Shown here: positions 52,600 through 63,453 of the stretch, in pieces
How the letters are laid out: the number at the start of each line of letters is the position of its first letter
Position numbering within the stretch: position 1 is the first letter of the stretch
Source of the DNA: Elusimicrobiota bacterium
GTDB lineage: Bacteria; Elusimicrobiota; Elusimicrobia; FEN-1173
NCBI GenBank assembly: GCA_016706425.1
Contig: JADJJR010000001.1
Location: 385,728 to 449,727 of the forward strand
Length of the DNA stretch: 64,000 nt
Direction: 5' to 3'
Notes under the pieces: generated by a model
What the model was told of the DNA's origin: nothing
Database searches by the model: none
The model's input: the letters and a program-made list of their open reading frames with translations, nothing else
Made by a program: the position numbers and the translations under genes

Positions 52600-53501
52600 C
52601 GTTGGATCCTCCGGCGGATGCGCGAGCGGATGATGATGGCGGTGAAATTGAGGCCGAAGGTCAACAGCAGCAGCACGAGCACCGTGGCGTAGAGGATGGG
52701 CAGGGTGGCGTCCACGTCCGGTGATTGGGTGGCCATGACGTAGACGTGATAGCCCAGCTCCATGAATTGGTGGTTGAGCCGCGTGGGCAGGTACGGGAGG
52801 AAGTAGGCCGCCCCGGTGAAAAGGATCGGCGCCACCTCGCCGGCGCCGCGGCTGATGGCCAGGATCGTTCCCGTCAAGATGCCGCCCACCGCCTGGGGCA
52901 GCAGGACGAACCGCACCATCTGCCAACGGGTGGCGCCCAGGGAATAGGCCACTTCCCGGTGGCTTCGCGGCACCACCCGCAGGGCCTCCTCGGTGGCGAC
53001 CACGACCGTCGGTAAAGTGAGGAGCGCCAAGGTCAACGCCGCCCAAAGAATGGCGGGTTGGCCGAAGTAGAGCTTGTTGTCAAAGAAGAATTTGTCGAGA
53101 CCCCGACCGACGAAATTGATGAAGAAGCCGAGCCCGAACAGGCCGAAAACGATCGCCGGCACGCCGGCGAGGTTTTGAATGGCCATCCGCACCAGGGGCA
53201 CCCAGCGGGATTTTTTGGGCGCGTATTCCTGCAGATAGATGGCCGTCGACACGCCCAGGGGCACCACGGCGATGGTCATGAGGATCACCAGAAAAGCCGT
53301 GCCGAAAATAGCGGGGAAAATGCCGCCTTCCGTCATGCCGGACCGCGGCGCCGTCGAAAGGAAATCCCAATTGATGTGGCCGACGCCGTGGATCACGACG
53401 TTCCCCAGGATCAGGACCACCGCGAGGGTCAAGATCAGGCAGGCCAAACCCGTTAAGGCCTTGAAAAAAACGCTGGTGAGGTCGATCCAGCGGCGTTTCA
53501 T
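52596..53501 (-). CDS. pstA: Phosphate ABC permease PstA
   Basis: GGIFPAIFGT, LAGVPAIVFGLFG, EEALRVVP, GEVAPILFT. Confidence 0.95.
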   Translation of the reverse strand: MKRRWIDLTSVFFKALTGLACLILTLAVVLILGNVVIHGVGHINWDFLSTAPRSGMTEGGIFPAIFGTAFLVILMTIAVVPLGVSTAIYLQEYAPKKSRWVPLVRMAIQNLAGVPAIVFGLFGLGFFINFVGRGLDKFFFDNKLYFGQPAILWAALTLALLTLPTVVVATEEALRVVPRSHREVAYSLGATRWQMVRFVLLPQAVGGILTGTILAISRGAGEVAPILFTGAAYFLPYLPTRLNHQFMELGYHVYVMATQSPDVDATLPILYATVLVLLLLTFGLNFTAIIIRSRIRRRIQR

Positions 53502-54436
53502 TGTTCCCCCGTGAGCTTTTTACGGAACCGACCGACCCACATTTGGCCGGCGAGATTGATTAAAAAAGTGAAGACAAAGAGCAAAACCCCAATGAAGAAA
53601 AGCACGTGGTAATGGGGGCTGCCCGATACGACTTCGCCCAGTTCCGAGGCGATGGTGGCCGAGAGGCTGCGGAACCCGTACCCCAGATGCCAACTCGGGA
53701 TGGCCTGGTTGCCCGAGGCCATGAGGACGATCATCGTCTCCCCGATGGCGCGGCCGAAGCCCAGAATGCCCGCGGCGAAGATGCCGGGAAAGGCGGCGGG
53801 GAACACCACCCGGCGGGCCGTTTGCCAGGGGGTGGCGCCCAGGGCCACCGAGCCCTGCCGGTAGCTTTGGGGAACGGCCGTCAGGGCGTCCTCGGCGACG
53901 GTGAACACGATCGGGATGACCGCCAGGCCGAGGGCGATGCCGGCGTTGATGGTGTTGAGGCGGTAGTCCAAACCGAACAGGTCCTGAACGGCGGTGGCCA
54001 TCACGAGCAGGGCGAAAAACCCGAGCACCACCGAGGGAATGCCCGCCAGGAGTTCGATGACGGGTTTCACGATTTCCTTGAGCCAGGGGGGCGCGAACTC
54101 CGAGGTGAAGACCGCCGCCCCCAGGGCCAGGGGGAAGGCGAAGGCCAACGCCACAAAGGTGACTTTGAGAGTCCCGATGATGAGGGGCCAAAAGGAATAT
54201 TTGGGAATTTCCGACACCGGTTGCCACATGTGCCCGGCGGGCTCGCCAGGTTCCGGGACCTGCGCCAGGAACAACTTAGACAGGCCCGCCTCCGCGCGGG
54301 CCTCCGGCGAGGTGAAAAGGGGCACGGCTTCTTTCCCGATAAAGACGAAGATGAGGACCAAACCCACGATGGCGATGGCGGCGCTGGCGTGGATCAATCC
54401 CTCGATGATCCGCTCCGAGAGTTTTTTCTGAATCAT
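53498..54436 (-). CDS. pstC: Phosphate ABC permease PstC
   Basis: ELLAGIPSVVLG, EDALTAVP, GRAIGETMIV. Confidence 0.95.
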   Translation of the reverse strand: MIQKKLSERIIEGLIHASAAIAIVGLVLIFVFIGKEAVPLFTSPEARAEAGLSKLFLAQVPEPGEPAGHMWQPVSEIPKYSFWPLIIGTLKVTFVALAFAFPLALGAAVFTSEFAPPWLKEIVKPVIELLAGIPSVVLGFFALLVMATAVQDLFGLDYRLNTINAGIALGLAVIPIVFTVAEDALTAVPQSYRQGSVALGATPWQTARRVVFPAAFPGIFAAGILGFGRAIGETMIVLMASGNQAIPSWHLGYGFRSLSATIASELGEVVSGSPHYHVLFFIGVLLFVFTFLINLAGQMWVGRFRKKLTGEQ

Positions 54437-55284
54437 TTCTTTTTCCCCGCGATGGGATAAAACCCCACCTTGGCCACGATGGCCTGGCCTTCGGGGCTCA
54501 AGGCGAAATCGATGAAATCCTTGATGGGGCCTGCGGGGTCCCCGCGCAAGTAGTAATACAGGTCGCGACTGACCGGGTAGGTACCGTCCAAAATGTGTTT
54601 TTCATCGGGGAGGATGGCCGGCCGGGCGGGATCCGCCTGGAGCGCGGCGAACTTGATGCCCTTGGCGTAGGCGGCGCCGCCGAAGCCGATGCCACGCTTG
54701 TCCCGGGCGACGGCGTTGGCCACCGAGGCCGTTCCGGGCAGGCACTGGGCGAAGGGGGTGAAATCCTTTTTCTTCAACACGTGTTCTTTGAAGAATTCGT
54801 AGGTCCCCGAATTGTTTTCCCTGGAATAAAGGATGATTTTTTGGTCCGGCCCGCCCAGGTCTTTCCAATTGGTGATCTTGCCGCGGTACACCAGGGCCAC
54901 CTGCTCGGTGGTGAGCGCGGAAAGGGGGTTGGCGCTGTTGAGATAGACCGCGATGCCGTCCTTGGCGACGGCGATTTCCACGGGGTCGCGCCCGGTCTTG
55001 GCCTTGAGGGCGACCCGCTCCTTTTCTTTCATGGGGCGGGAGGAAGCGCAGATGTCCGTCGATCCCGCAAGCAGGGAGGCGATCCCGGTGCCCGATCCAC
55101 CCCCCGTCACCTGAACGATGGCTTTTCCGTGGGTGGCCATGTACCGTTCCGCCCAGCGCTGATTGAGGATGACCAGGGTGTCGGACCCTTTGATGGTGAC
55201 GGTTTCCGCCGCCCGGTTCGGTCGGGGCGAGGCGAGGGACAGGAGAATCCCGCAAAGGACGGCGAATGTTCGGGCGGTCGGCAT
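54433..55284 (-). CDS. pstS: Phosphate-binding protein PstS
   Basis: IKGSDT, GGGSGTG, SSRPMK, RENNSGTYEFF. Confidence 0.95.
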   Translation of the reverse strand: MPTARTFAVLCGILLSLASPRPNRAAETVTIKGSDTLVILNQRWAERYMATHGKAIVQVTGGGSGTGIASLLAGSTDICASSRPMKEKERVALKAKTGRDPVEIAVAKDGIAVYLNSANPLSALTTEQVALVYRGKITNWKDLGGPDQKIILYSRENNSGTYEFFKEHVLKKKDFTPFAQCLPGTASVANAVARDKRGIGFGGAAYAKGIKFAALQADPARPAILPDEKHILDGTYPVSRDLYYYLRGDPAGPIKDFIDFALSPEGQAIVAKVGFYPIAGKKK

Positions 55285-55496
55285 GGGTATCGCGAAAAGG
55301 AATTTAGCACTTTCGGCCGGATTGGCCTAGACCGCGGGCGCGCCGGACGGGACACGCGCGCCGCGCGGGGCCGTTTTCCCGTCGGGAATTAAATGCCGCG
55401 CCACGGCGCAAGTAAATTTTTGGGGGGCGGAAAAAATTTACAAAAACGCGCTTTTCCGCCGAGCGGCGGCCCGCGGATCGTCGGTAAAAAACGCGC

Positions 55497-55527
55497 TTGA
55501 CACTCACTAGGGATGGTGGTGTAAGAT
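55497..55527 (+). promoter_or_regulatory. Candidate promoter of the nrdR operon
   Basis: Perfect TTGACA (55497-55502) and TAAGAT (55522-55527); the 19-bp spacer is longer than ideal. Confidence 0.4.
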
Positions 55528-55570
55528 ACGCGCCGCCACAACCCGTGGCCGCCCGCCGCGTGGGGCGAAG

Positions 55571-55617
55571 AATCAATATGTGGTAGAATCCTGGGAGGGA
55601 GACCCCACCTGTTGTAG
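55571..55617 (+). promoter_or_regulatory. Tandem NrdR boxes
   Basis: AATCAATATGTGGTAG (55571-55586) and ACCCCACCTGTTGTAG (55602-55617) resemble acaCwAtATaTwGtgt, lie 31 bp apart, and sit just upstream of nrdR-nrdJ. Confidence 0.7.
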
Positions 55618-55626
55618 GGAAAGTCC

Positions 55627-56193
55627 ATGAGATGCCCCGCGTGTGATCATCCGGAAGACCGCGTCATCGACAGCCGACCGTTGGAGTCGGCCTCGGTGAT
55701 CCGTCGGCGCCGTCTGTGCCTGCACTGCAGCAAGCGCTTCACCACCTACGAGCGGGTCGAATCGACCCCGTTGATGGTCATCAAGCGCGACAACCGCCGG
55801 GAGCCCTTCAGCCGCGACAAGATGCGCGAAGGCATCGTCCGCGCCTGCCGCAAGAGGCCCGTGTCCCCCGCCGTCATCGAGAAGCTGGTCTCGGAAGTGG
55901 AATACAGCCTGCAAGACTACGTGCTGGAAGTGCCCACCGCGGAAATCGGGGAACGCATCCTCAAGCGGCTCTACGACATCGACACCGTGGCCTATGTGCG
56001 ATTTGCTTCCGTCTACCGCTCCTTCGGCGACATCGACTCCTTCCTGACGGAAATCAAGCGGCTGAAGCAGGCCCACCGCCGACGCGTGACGCTCGGCGCG
56101 GCCCGCCTCGCCGTCCCGAAAGACCCGATGTTGAAATCACCCGCGTCGGGGGATGCCCTTTTGCCGGACGCCGCCCAGCCGGCGACGGTCTAA
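55627..56193 (+). CDS. nrdR: Transcriptional repressor NrdR
   Basis: MRCPAC...DSR...IRRRRLC..C.KRFTTYE, ATP cone, VAYVRFASVY. Confidence 0.97.
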   Translation: MRCPACDHPEDRVIDSRPLESASVIRRRRLCLHCSKRFTTYERVESTPLMVIKRDNRREPFSRDKMREGIVRACRKRPVSPAVIEKLVSEVEYSLQDYVLEVPTAEIGERILKRLYDIDTVAYVRFASVYRSFGDIDSFLTEIKRLKQAHRRRVTLGAARLAVPKDPMLKSPASGDALLPDAAQPATV

Positions 56194-56202
56194 CGAATCG
56201 TC

Positions 56203-58773
56203 TTGAAGAAGGATGGAGGAACGCCCATGAACCCCGTTGACGCCCCTGCTCGCCCGTCGGAAAAATCGCGCGCCCGCCCGGCCCTGCGCCTGTCGGAAAA
56301 CCAGCGCAAAGTCATCACCGACAAATATCTTCGCACCGACCCTTCGCCCGAGGTGTGGTTGGAACGGGTCGCCGCCAACATCGCCCTGGGCGAACTCCTC
56401 CACGCCCCCGAGGCGGACGGCTGGCACCTCTGGGACGGCGTCAAGCGCAAGACCGTCGAGGCCCACACCCGCAAGGGCCAAAAAAGCCGCATGACGCTTC
56501 TCCACCACGGCCTGGCCACGTCCGATGAGCGGGACAAAAACTTTTTCGTCTATCTGGACAACCTGCGCAAGGCCGCCGCGGAGATCCCCGAGGCCCGCGA
56601 TCTGGCCGAGGCCTGGCGGGACAAGTTCTACGCCATGATGGCGCGGTTCGACTTCCTGCCCAATTCCCCCACCCTCATGAACGCCGGCCGCGACCTCCAG
56701 CAGTTGTCGGCTTGCTACGTGCTGCCCGTGCCGGACAGCATGGAGGGCATCGCCGACGCCGTCAAAGCCCAGGCGCTCATCCACAAGTCCGGCGGCGGCA
56801 CCGGGTTCTCCTTTCAGCGGCTGCGCCCCTCCGGGGACAACGTCAAGTCCACCAAAGGCACGGCTTCCGGCGCCATCAGCTTCATGCAGATCTTCGACAA
56901 GATGACCGACGTCGTCAAGCAGGGCGGCGCCCGCCGCGGCGCCAACATGGGGATCCTCCCCTATTGGCACCCGGAGATCGAAGACTTCATCACCATGAAG
57001 GACAAGCCCGGCGTCATGGAAAACTTCAACGTGTCCGTCACCGTGGACGAAAAATTCATGAACGCGGTGGAAAAGGGCGAGGAGTACGACCTGCTCAACC
57101 CCCGCACCCTCCAGCCCACCGGCAAGCGGCTCAACGCCCGCGACGTCTTCGAAAAAATGGTCGACGGCGCCTGGCGCACCGGCGACCCCGGCATCATCTT
57201 CATCGACCGGATCAACAACTCCGCCTCGAACCCCACGCCGCAACTGGGGCAGATCGAAAGCACGAACCCCTGCGGCGAACAACCGCTTCTCCCCAACGAG
57301 CCCTGCAACCTGGGGTCCATCAACCTCTCCAATTTCGTGGAGGGGGAGGTCACCCTGGGGCAAATGAACTGGGACCGGTTGGCCGAAACCGTGGCCCTGT
57401 GCGTGCGGTTCCTCGACAACGTCATCGAAGTCAACAACTACCCCCTGGCCCAAATCGAAGAGCTGTCCAAGGGCAACCGCCGCATCGGGTTGGGCGTCAT
57501 GGGGTGGGCCGAAGCCCTCGTTAAAATGGGCGTGGCCTACGACTCCGAGGAATGCCTGGCGCTTTCCACCAAGGTCATGGGGTTCATCAACGAGAAAGCC
57601 CTGGAGGCTTCCGAGGCCCTGGCCGAGGAACGCGGCGCCTTCCCCAACTGGAAAGGCTCCATCTTCGATCCGGAGAGCCCGCACTTCCGCGGCGAGGCCC
57701 GCCTGCCGCGCCATTGCGCCCGCACGACCATCGCCCCCACCGGCACCATCGGGCTGGCCGCCGGCCTGCAGGGCGCGGGCATCGAGCCCTTCTTCGCCAT
57801 CGCCTACACGCGCTACAACGCGAGGGCGCTGGACGCCCTCAAAAAAGGCGAGAAGCCCAACGAAGCCGACGTCTTCCACGAAGTCAACCCGCTCTTCCGC
57901 GAAGTCGCCCGCCGGAACAATTACTTCGGCATGGCGGAGAACGAGCTCTGGAAAAAAGTCGAAGGCAACCACAAATCGGCCCGCGGCGTCAAAGAGATTC
58001 CGGAAAAATTCCAGAAACTCTTCGCCTCGAGCCACGACGTGGCGGTCCCCTTCCACGTGCAGATCCAGGCGGCGTTCCAGACCCACACCGACAACGCCGT
58101 CTCCAAGACGATCAACATGCCCAACTCCGCCACCCGCGAGGACGTGAAGGCCGCCTACTGGCAGGCCTACAAGGCCGGCTGCAAAGGCACCACGATCTAC
58201 CGGGACGGCTCCAAGAGCCAGCAGGTGCTGAACCTGGGAACGGGCGGCGCCGCCGCGCCGAAACCCAAGGCCCGCGACACGGCCCGGGGCATGTCCTCCG
58301 AGTACTACGAGATCCGCACGGGCCACGGCGGGCTGCACATCCACATCGACTACGACGAAACGGGCCCCTACCGCCTCTTCACGAGCCTTTCGCCCCTGGG
58401 GACGGACATCTCGGGTTTGACCTCGGTGGTGGGGATCATGATCTCCAAGTACCTCGAGGCCGGCGGGGATCCGAAGCGGATCCTGAAACACCTCAACTCC
58501 GTCAAGGGCGACCGCCCCTTCGGCTTCGGCGCCCAACGGGTGGACTCGATCCCGCACGCCATCGCCATCGCGTTGCGAACCCACTTGCAAAAGCACGGCC
58601 AGATGGAGACGCCCCCCGCGGCGCCGGCCGGCGAGGAGGCGAAGGGCGGCTTGGAATTGTGGAACCGTTCCGCCGCGCTCTATTGCCCGGATTGCTTCTC
58701 CTCCAACGTGGCCCAGCAGAGCGGCTGCACCGGCGTGACCTGCTTCGACTGCGGGCACTCGGAGTGCTCGTAA
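56203..58773 (+). CDS. nrdJ: Class II (adenosylcobalamin-dependent) ribonucleotide reductase
   Basis: FLPNSPTLMNAG, LSACYV, GGGTG, STNPCGEQPL, RRIGLGVMG, TIAPTGTI, AVSKTIN, YRDGSK, C-terminal Cys cluster. Confidence 0.95.
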   Translation: MKKDGGTPMNPVDAPARPSEKSRARPALRLSENQRKVITDKYLRTDPSPEVWLERVAANIALGELLHAPEADGWHLWDGVKRKTVEAHTRKGQKSRMTLLHHGLATSDERDKNFFVYLDNLRKAAAEIPEARDLAEAWRDKFYAMMARFDFLPNSPTLMNAGRDLQQLSACYVLPVPDSMEGIADAVKAQALIHKSGGGTGFSFQRLRPSGDNVKSTKGTASGAISFMQIFDKMTDVVKQGGARRGANMGILPYWHPEIEDFITMKDKPGVMENFNVSVTVDEKFMNAVEKGEEYDLLNPRTLQPTGKRLNARDVFEKMVDGAWRTGDPGIIFIDRINNSASNPTPQLGQIESTNPCGEQPLLPNEPCNLGSINLSNFVEGEVTLGQMNWDRLAETVALCVRFLDNVIEVNNYPLAQIEELSKGNRRIGLGVMGWAEALVKMGVAYDSEECLALSTKVMGFINEKALEASEALAEERGAFPNWKGSIFDPESPHFRGEARLPRHCARTTIAPTGTIGLAAGLQGAGIEPFFAIAYTRYNARALDALKKGEKPNEADVFHEVNPLFREVARRNNYFGMAENELWKKVEGNHKSARGVKEIPEKFQKLFASSHDVAVPFHVQIQAAFQTHTDNAVSKTINMPNSATREDVKAAYWQAYKAGCKGTTIYRDGSKSQQVLNLGTGGAAAPKPKARDTARGMSSEYYEIRTGHGGLHIHIDYDETGPYRLFTSLSPLGTDISGLTSVVGIMISKYLEAGGDPKRILKHLNSVKGDRPFGFGAQRVDSIPHAIAIALRTHLQKHGQMETPPAAPAGEEAKGGLELWNRSAALYCPDCFSSNVAQQSGCTGVTCFDCGHSECS

Positions 58774-58779
58774 AAGCGC

Positions 58780-59340
58780 GTGCCGGTTAAAAACGACACG
58801 TGGATCCGGCGCATGGCGCTGGACCACGGGATGATCGATCCCTTCGCCGAGGGGGAAAAACGGCCGGGTGTGATCTCCTACGGGTTGTCGAGTTACGGCT
58901 ACGACTTCCGCGTGGCGGGCGAGTTCCGGCTTTATTCCGCCGTCCCGGGGGCGGTCCTGGACCCGAAGGACGCGTCGCGCGCGCCGTTCCAGGAAATCCG
59001 CACCGAGACGTTCGTGGAGATCCCGCCCCACGGCATCGTCGTGGCGCGGTCGGTGGAGCGTTTCCGCATCCCGCGCAGCGTGGTGACGGTCACCTTCGGA
59101 AAAAGCACCTACGCGCGGATGGGCTTGGTGGTGAACATCACCCCCTTCGAACCGGAGTGGGAAGGGCACGTGACGCTGGAAATTTCGAACACCGCGCCCC
59201 TGCCGGCGCGGGTCTACGCGAACGAGGGCATCGCGCAAGTGTTGTTTTTGGAGTCCGACGAAGTCTGCGCGACGTCCTACGCCGACCGCCAGGGCAAGTA
59301 CCAGGGTCAAAAGACCATCACCGCCCCGAAAGTCATTTAA
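58780..59340 (+). CDS. dcd: dCTP deaminase
   Basis: [46 protein letters not shown]. Confidence 0.95.
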   Translation: MPVKNDTWIRRMALDHGMIDPFAEGEKRPGVISYGLSSYGYDFRVAGEFRLYSAVPGAVLDPKDASRAPFQEIRTETFVEIPPHGIVVARSVERFRIPRSVVTVTFGKSTYARMGLVVNITPFEPEWEGHVTLEISNTAPLPARVYANEGIAQVLFLESDEVCATSYADRQGKYQGQKTITAPKVI

Positions 59341-59370
59341 AAATTTACCTTTCCCAGGAGGAACCATCGC

Positions 59371-60537
59371 ATGGCGTTCTTTATTGGTCGTGACAGGGAG
59401 GCCCGCCGGGCCTACGGTTTTGACGAAGTGGCCTTGGTGCCGGGCACCGTGACGGTGAACCCCGAGGACGCCGACGTGTCCACGCGGTTGGGGCCCGTGA
59501 AACTGCAGATCCCGATTTTGGCGAGCGCCATGGACGGCGTCGTTGACGTCGAATTCGCCATCGCCATGGGGCAAATGGGCGGGCTGGCGGTGTTGAACCT
59601 GGACGGCATCCAAACCCGCTACGAAAAGACCAAGCCCCTTTTCAAAAAAATCGCCGAAGCCACACCGGAAGTCGCCACCAAGCTGGTTCAAGAGATTTAT
59701 TCCAAAGAGCCGGTGAAAGAAAAACTCGTGGCCCAGCGGGTCAAAGAAATCAAGACCAAAGGCGTCCTCTGCGCGGTGTCCTCCATCCCGCAAAACGCCG
59801 AGCGCGTGGGCAAAATCGCCGCCGACGCCGGGGCCGACCTGTTCATCGTGCAGGGCACGGTGACGACGGCGCGCTTCAAATCCGCCAAAGGCCCCGTGGT
59901 GGACTTGTCGAAGCTTTGCGAAAAGCTCAAGATCCCCGTGATCATCGGCAACGTGGTCACCTATTCGGCCGCCCTGGAACTCATGGAAACAGGCGCCGCG
60001 GCCCTGTTGGTCGGCGTCGGCCCCGGCGCCGCTTGCACCAGCCGCGGCGTGCTCGGTTTGGGCGTCCCCCAGGTGACGGCCACGGTGGACTGCGCCGCCG
60101 CTCGGGATTTTTATTTCAAGAAAACCGGCCGCTACGTCTCGATCATCACCGACGGGGGCATGAGCACCGGCGGCGACGTCTGCAAGGCTTTCGCCTCCGG
60201 CGCCGACGCGGTCATGGTCGGCTCGGTGTTCGCCCGGGCCGAAGAGGCCCCGGGCCTGGGGTACCACTGGGGCATGGCCACCCCGCACCACAACCTGCCG
60301 CGCGGCACGCGCGTGCGGGTGGGCACCGTGGGCACCTTGAAGCAAATCCTGCACGGGCCGGCCTCCCTCGACGACGGCACCCAAAACATCGTCGGCGCCA
60401 TCCGCACCTGCATGGGGGCCGTGGGCGCCACAAACATCAAAGAATTTCAACTGACGGAAATCATCATCGCGCCGGAAATCAAGCACGAAGGCAAGCTGTT
60501 CCAGCAGGCGCAGCGCGTCGGTATGGGCAAGAAATAG
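59371..60537 (+). CDS. guaB: IMP dehydrogenase family protein (GuaB3-type, no CBS domains)
   Basis: [38 protein letters not shown]. Confidence 0.9.
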   Translation: MAFFIGRDREARRAYGFDEVALVPGTVTVNPEDADVSTRLGPVKLQIPILASAMDGVVDVEFAIAMGQMGGLAVLNLDGIQTRYEKTKPLFKKIAEATPEVATKLVQEIYSKEPVKEKLVAQRVKEIKTKGVLCAVSSIPQNAERVGKIAADAGADLFIVQGTVTTARFKSAKGPVVDLSKLCEKLKIPVIIGNVVTYSAALELMETGAAALLVGVGPGAACTSRGVLGLGVPQVTATVDCAAARDFYFKKTGRYVSIITDGGMSTGGDVCKAFASGADAVMVGSVFARAEEAPGLGYHWGMATPHHNLPRGTRVRVGTVGTLKQILHGPASLDDGTQNIVGAIRTCMGAVGATNIKEFQLTEIIIAPEIKHEGKLFQQAQRVGMGKK

Positions 60538-60565
60538 CCCCGTTCAAACAAAGGAGACCTCAATA

Positions 60566-60925
60566 ATGCAATCGGGAAATGGCGTGTTCGGGTTGTTGGT
60601 GTGGTTGGGCATCCTGGTCCTGTTGTTGGTGGCCAGCTGGCGGATTTTCGTCAAAGCCGGTCGGCCGGGTTGGGCGTCGCTGATCCCGTTCTACAACCTC
60701 TATGTCCTCTGTGAAATCGTGAGTTGGCCGGGCTGGTATTTGGTGTTCTTCTTGATCCCGATCGTCAACATCGTCTTCATGTTCCTGCTTTACTTCAAGC
60801 TTTCCAAGGCCTTCGGCCAAGGGTTGGGTTTCGCGGTGGGCATGGTCCTGTTGCCCTTCGTGTTCCTGCCCATCTTGGGTTTCGGCAAGGCCGTTTACAC
60901 CGCTCCGGCCAAGGGAATCGTTTAA
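60566..60925 (+). CDS. DUF5684-like small membrane protein
   Basis: WRIFVKAGRPGWASLIPFYNLY, SKAFGQG. Confidence 0.8.
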   Translation: MQSGNGVFGLLVWLGILVLLLVASWRIFVKAGRPGWASLIPFYNLYVLCEIVSWPGWYLVFFLIPIVNIVFMFLLYFKLSKAFGQGLGFAVGMVLLPFVFLPILGFGKAVYTAPAKGIV

Positions 60926-60946
60926 CACCGCCGCCGGCGGGCGCCC

Positions 60947-61360
60947 ATGAACCTCGAGCTGTTCGCCCTTTGCGACGCCGCCACGGAGGCGGGGGGGAAG
61001 TTGAATTTGCTGGGCGCGTTCGACGCCATCGTGGCGCCGAACGCGCCGGCGGTTCATCCCTCCTGCGCCGTGGCGCTCCGGTTGCGCTTCCAGCGCATTG
61101 AGGCGGGGCCCCACCGGGTCAAGATCGCCGTGGTGGACGCCGACGGCAAGCACGCTCTGCCCCCCTTTGAAACCGAAATCCGCATCGGGGTGGCGCCGGG
61201 GGACGAGTCGGCGGTGGCGAACTTGATCCTCAATTTGCAGCAGCTTCGACTCGAAAAGTTTGGACGCTACTCCATCGACCTGGCCGTGGACGGTCGGCAG
61301 GAAGGCGCTCTCCCGTTGTATTTGAAGGCCGCGCCCCAAACCGTTCGGGAACAGTCGTGA
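60947..61360 (+). CDS. DUF6941-like hypothetical protein
   Basis: FALCDAA...GKLNLLGAFD...GRYSIDLAVDG. Confidence 0.7.
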   Translation: MNLELFALCDAATEAGGKLNLLGAFDAIVAPNAPAVHPSCAVALRLRFQRIEAGPHRVKIAVVDADGKHALPPFETEIRIGVAPGDESAVANLILNLQQLRLEKFGRYSIDLAVDGRQEGALPLYLKAAPQTVREQS

Positions 61361-61911
61361 TGCGCCGCGTCCCTACGCGCAAAGGCTGTGTCTTGGGGGT
61401 TCCGCTGGTTCTTGGCGGGGTGTTGGTGATCGGGGGGCCCATTCCGAAATCGTCGCCCTCTGAAATTGCTGAAATCCGCGCCGTTTATAAGGAAGTGGAA
61501 TCCCTTCGGGTTGAAAAAACAATCGAATCGAAGACGGTCCCCATCAGCGAGTTCGAAGACGCAACCCTCTATGCCGATTCGGAAGGCCGTGCCCGGCTGT
61601 ACATTGAATCACTCGGGGGGCAGGATTCGGTGGTGACCGTGAACGCTTATTACGATCGGGGAGAACGCTTGCGATTTGTTTTTTGCCGGGCGGGGGCTGT
61701 GAACGAGACGATTTTGGAACGCCGCTACTACATGGGGAAAAACGGGAAAACGCTCAAGAAAAACATCTTGCTGGTCAAAGGGCCAGGGTATCCCTGGGAT
61801 TGGGAAACACTGGAAAAAGAGGTGGTTTTCGGACGCGCTCGATCCCCCAAGGACTCCTTCAACCGATTCAAGGCGGCGGAAAAAAAGAAACAGGAGACGA
61901 CAGCCCCATGA
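61357..61911 (+). CDS. Hypothetical exported protein
   Basis: Coupled to both neighbours by 4-bp overlaps, hydrophobic N-terminus, [12 protein letters not shown]; visibly more A/T-rich than its flanks. Confidence 0.65.
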   Translation: MMRRVPTRKGCVLGVPLVLGGVLVIGGPIPKSSPSEIAEIRAVYKEVESLRVEKTIESKTVPISEFEDATLYADSEGRARLYIESLGGQDSVVTVNAYYDRGERLRFVFCRAGAVNETILERRYYMGKNGKTLKKNILLVKGPGYPWDWETLEKEVVFGRARSPKDSFNRFKAAEKKKQETTAP

Positions 61912-63434
61912 TCCTCATCCTCGACTTCGGATCCCAATACACGCAACTCATCGCCCGCCGGGTGCGCGAGGCGAACGTGTTTTGCGAAATCCACCCCTAC
62001 AACCACCCCATCGACAAAATCCGCGCCGCCAACCCGGCGGGGGTGATCCTCTCGGGGGGACCGTCGAGCGTGTACGCCAAGGGCGCGCCCAAACCCGACC
62101 CCGCGCTGTTCGACCTGAGCGTGCCGGTTTTGGGCATCTGTTACGGCCTACAAGTCATGGTGACCCACTTCGGCGGCCGGGTCAGCAAGGCCCCCCGGCG
62201 CGAATACGGGCCCGCGGACATTCGTGTGTCCGCCGACAACCCCCTCTTTACGGGTTTGGGCGCCCAGATCCCCGTCTGGATGAGCCACGGCGACCACGCC
62301 GAGGCGTTGCCCAAAGGTTTTGAAATCGTGGCCAAGACGACCAACGCGCCCTACGCGGCCATCGCCAACACCGCGCGCAACTTTTACGCCGTCCAGTTTC
62401 ACCCCGAGGTGCACCACACGCCCCGGGGCAAGGAGCTGTTGGCGAACTTTTTGTTTGAAATTTGCGGGGAAAAGCCGAACTGGACCATGGCTTCCTTCGC
62501 CGAAGAACAGACCCGGATCGTGCGCGACCAGGTGGGCAAGGAGAAGGTCCTGTTGGCGCTCTCCGGCGGGGTCGACTCCTCCGTGGCGGCGGCCCTGTTG
62601 CACAACGCCCTCGGCAAGCAACTGGTCTGCGTTTTCGTCAACAACGGCCTGCTCCGCGCGGGGGAGGAGGAGCGCGTCCGCAAGGTTTTCGGAAAGGCCC
62701 AGGGGTACGTGACCCACATCGTCGACGCCCGGCAACGTTTCTTGCGCAAACTCAAAGGCGTCACCGACCCCGAACGCAAACGGAAGATTATCGGTCACGC
62801 GTTCATCGAGGTGTTCCAGGAATTCTCCAAAAAGTTCAAGGGCGTCAAATTCCTGGCCCAGGGCACGTTGTATCCCGATGTGATCGAAAGCGTTTCGGTG
62901 AAGGGCCCCTCGGCCGTCATCAAGACCCACCACAACGTGGGCGGCCTGCCGGATAAAATGAAGATGAAACTGGTCGAGCCCCTGCGATTCCTCTTCAAGG
63001 ACGAGGTGCGCGCCCTGGGCAAAGAGCTCGGTTTGCCCGACGAAATATTGTTCCGCCAGCCTTTCCCGGGACCGGGCCTGGCGGTGCGGGTCCTGGGCGA
63101 CATCACCGAGGACAAGCTGCGCAAGACCCGCGAGGCGGACCTGATCGTGGAACAAGAAATCCGCGAGGCGGGCCTGTACCACAAACTCTGGCAGGCCTTC
63201 GCGGTCCTTTTGCCCGTCAACAGCGTCGGGGTCATGGGCGACGAACGAACCTACGAGAACGCCATTGCCGTGCGGGCCGTGAACTCGGTGGACGCCATGA
63301 CCGCCGATTGGGCGCGGCTCCCGGACGAGGTGTTGGCCAAAATGTCCACCCGGATCATCAACGAAGTGCGCGGCATCAACCGCGTCGTGTACGACATCTC
63401 CTCCAAACCCCCCGCCACCATCGAGTGGGAATAG
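61908..63434 (+). CDS. guaA: GMP synthase (glutamine-hydrolysing)
   Basis: ATG at 61908. [50 protein letters not shown]. Confidence 0.98.
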   Translation: MILILDFGSQYTQLIARRVREANVFCEIHPYNHPIDKIRAANPAGVILSGGPSSVYAKGAPKPDPALFDLSVPVLGICYGLQVMVTHFGGRVSKAPRREYGPADIRVSADNPLFTGLGAQIPVWMSHGDHAEALPKGFEIVAKTTNAPYAAIANTARNFYAVQFHPEVHHTPRGKELLANFLFEICGEKPNWTMASFAEEQTRIVRDQVGKEKVLLALSGGVDSSVAAALLHNALGKQLVCVFVNNGLLRAGEEERVRKVFGKAQGYVTHIVDARQRFLRKLKGVTDPERKRKIIGHAFIEVFQEFSKKFKGVKFLAQGTLYPDVIESVSVKGPSAVIKTHHNVGGLPDKMKMKLVEPLRFLFKDEVRALGKELGLPDEILFRQPFPGPGLAVRVLGDITEDKLRKTREADLIVEQEIREAGLYHKLWQAFAVLLPVNSVGVMGDERTYENAIAVRAVNSVDAMTADWARLPDEVLAKMSTRIINEVRGINRVVYDISSKPPATIEWE

Positions 63435-63453
63435 GATTCGCCCCGCGACGCCC

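Noticed and set aside
55285-55496. Canonical E. coli Pho box upstream of pstS
   Set aside because: No CTGTCAT-type 11-bp tandem repeat was found by eye.
56203-58773. Intein or intron in NrdJ
   Set aside because: No splice-junction motifs or homing-endonuclease-sized insert.
56137-60486. 1449-aa minus-strand ORF and many other long overlapping ORFs (e.g. 45189-47165, 27718-29685, 42258-44090)
   Set aside because: Antisense or alternate-frame shadows of well-supported genes; stop codons are rare in high-GC DNA and no motifs were seen.
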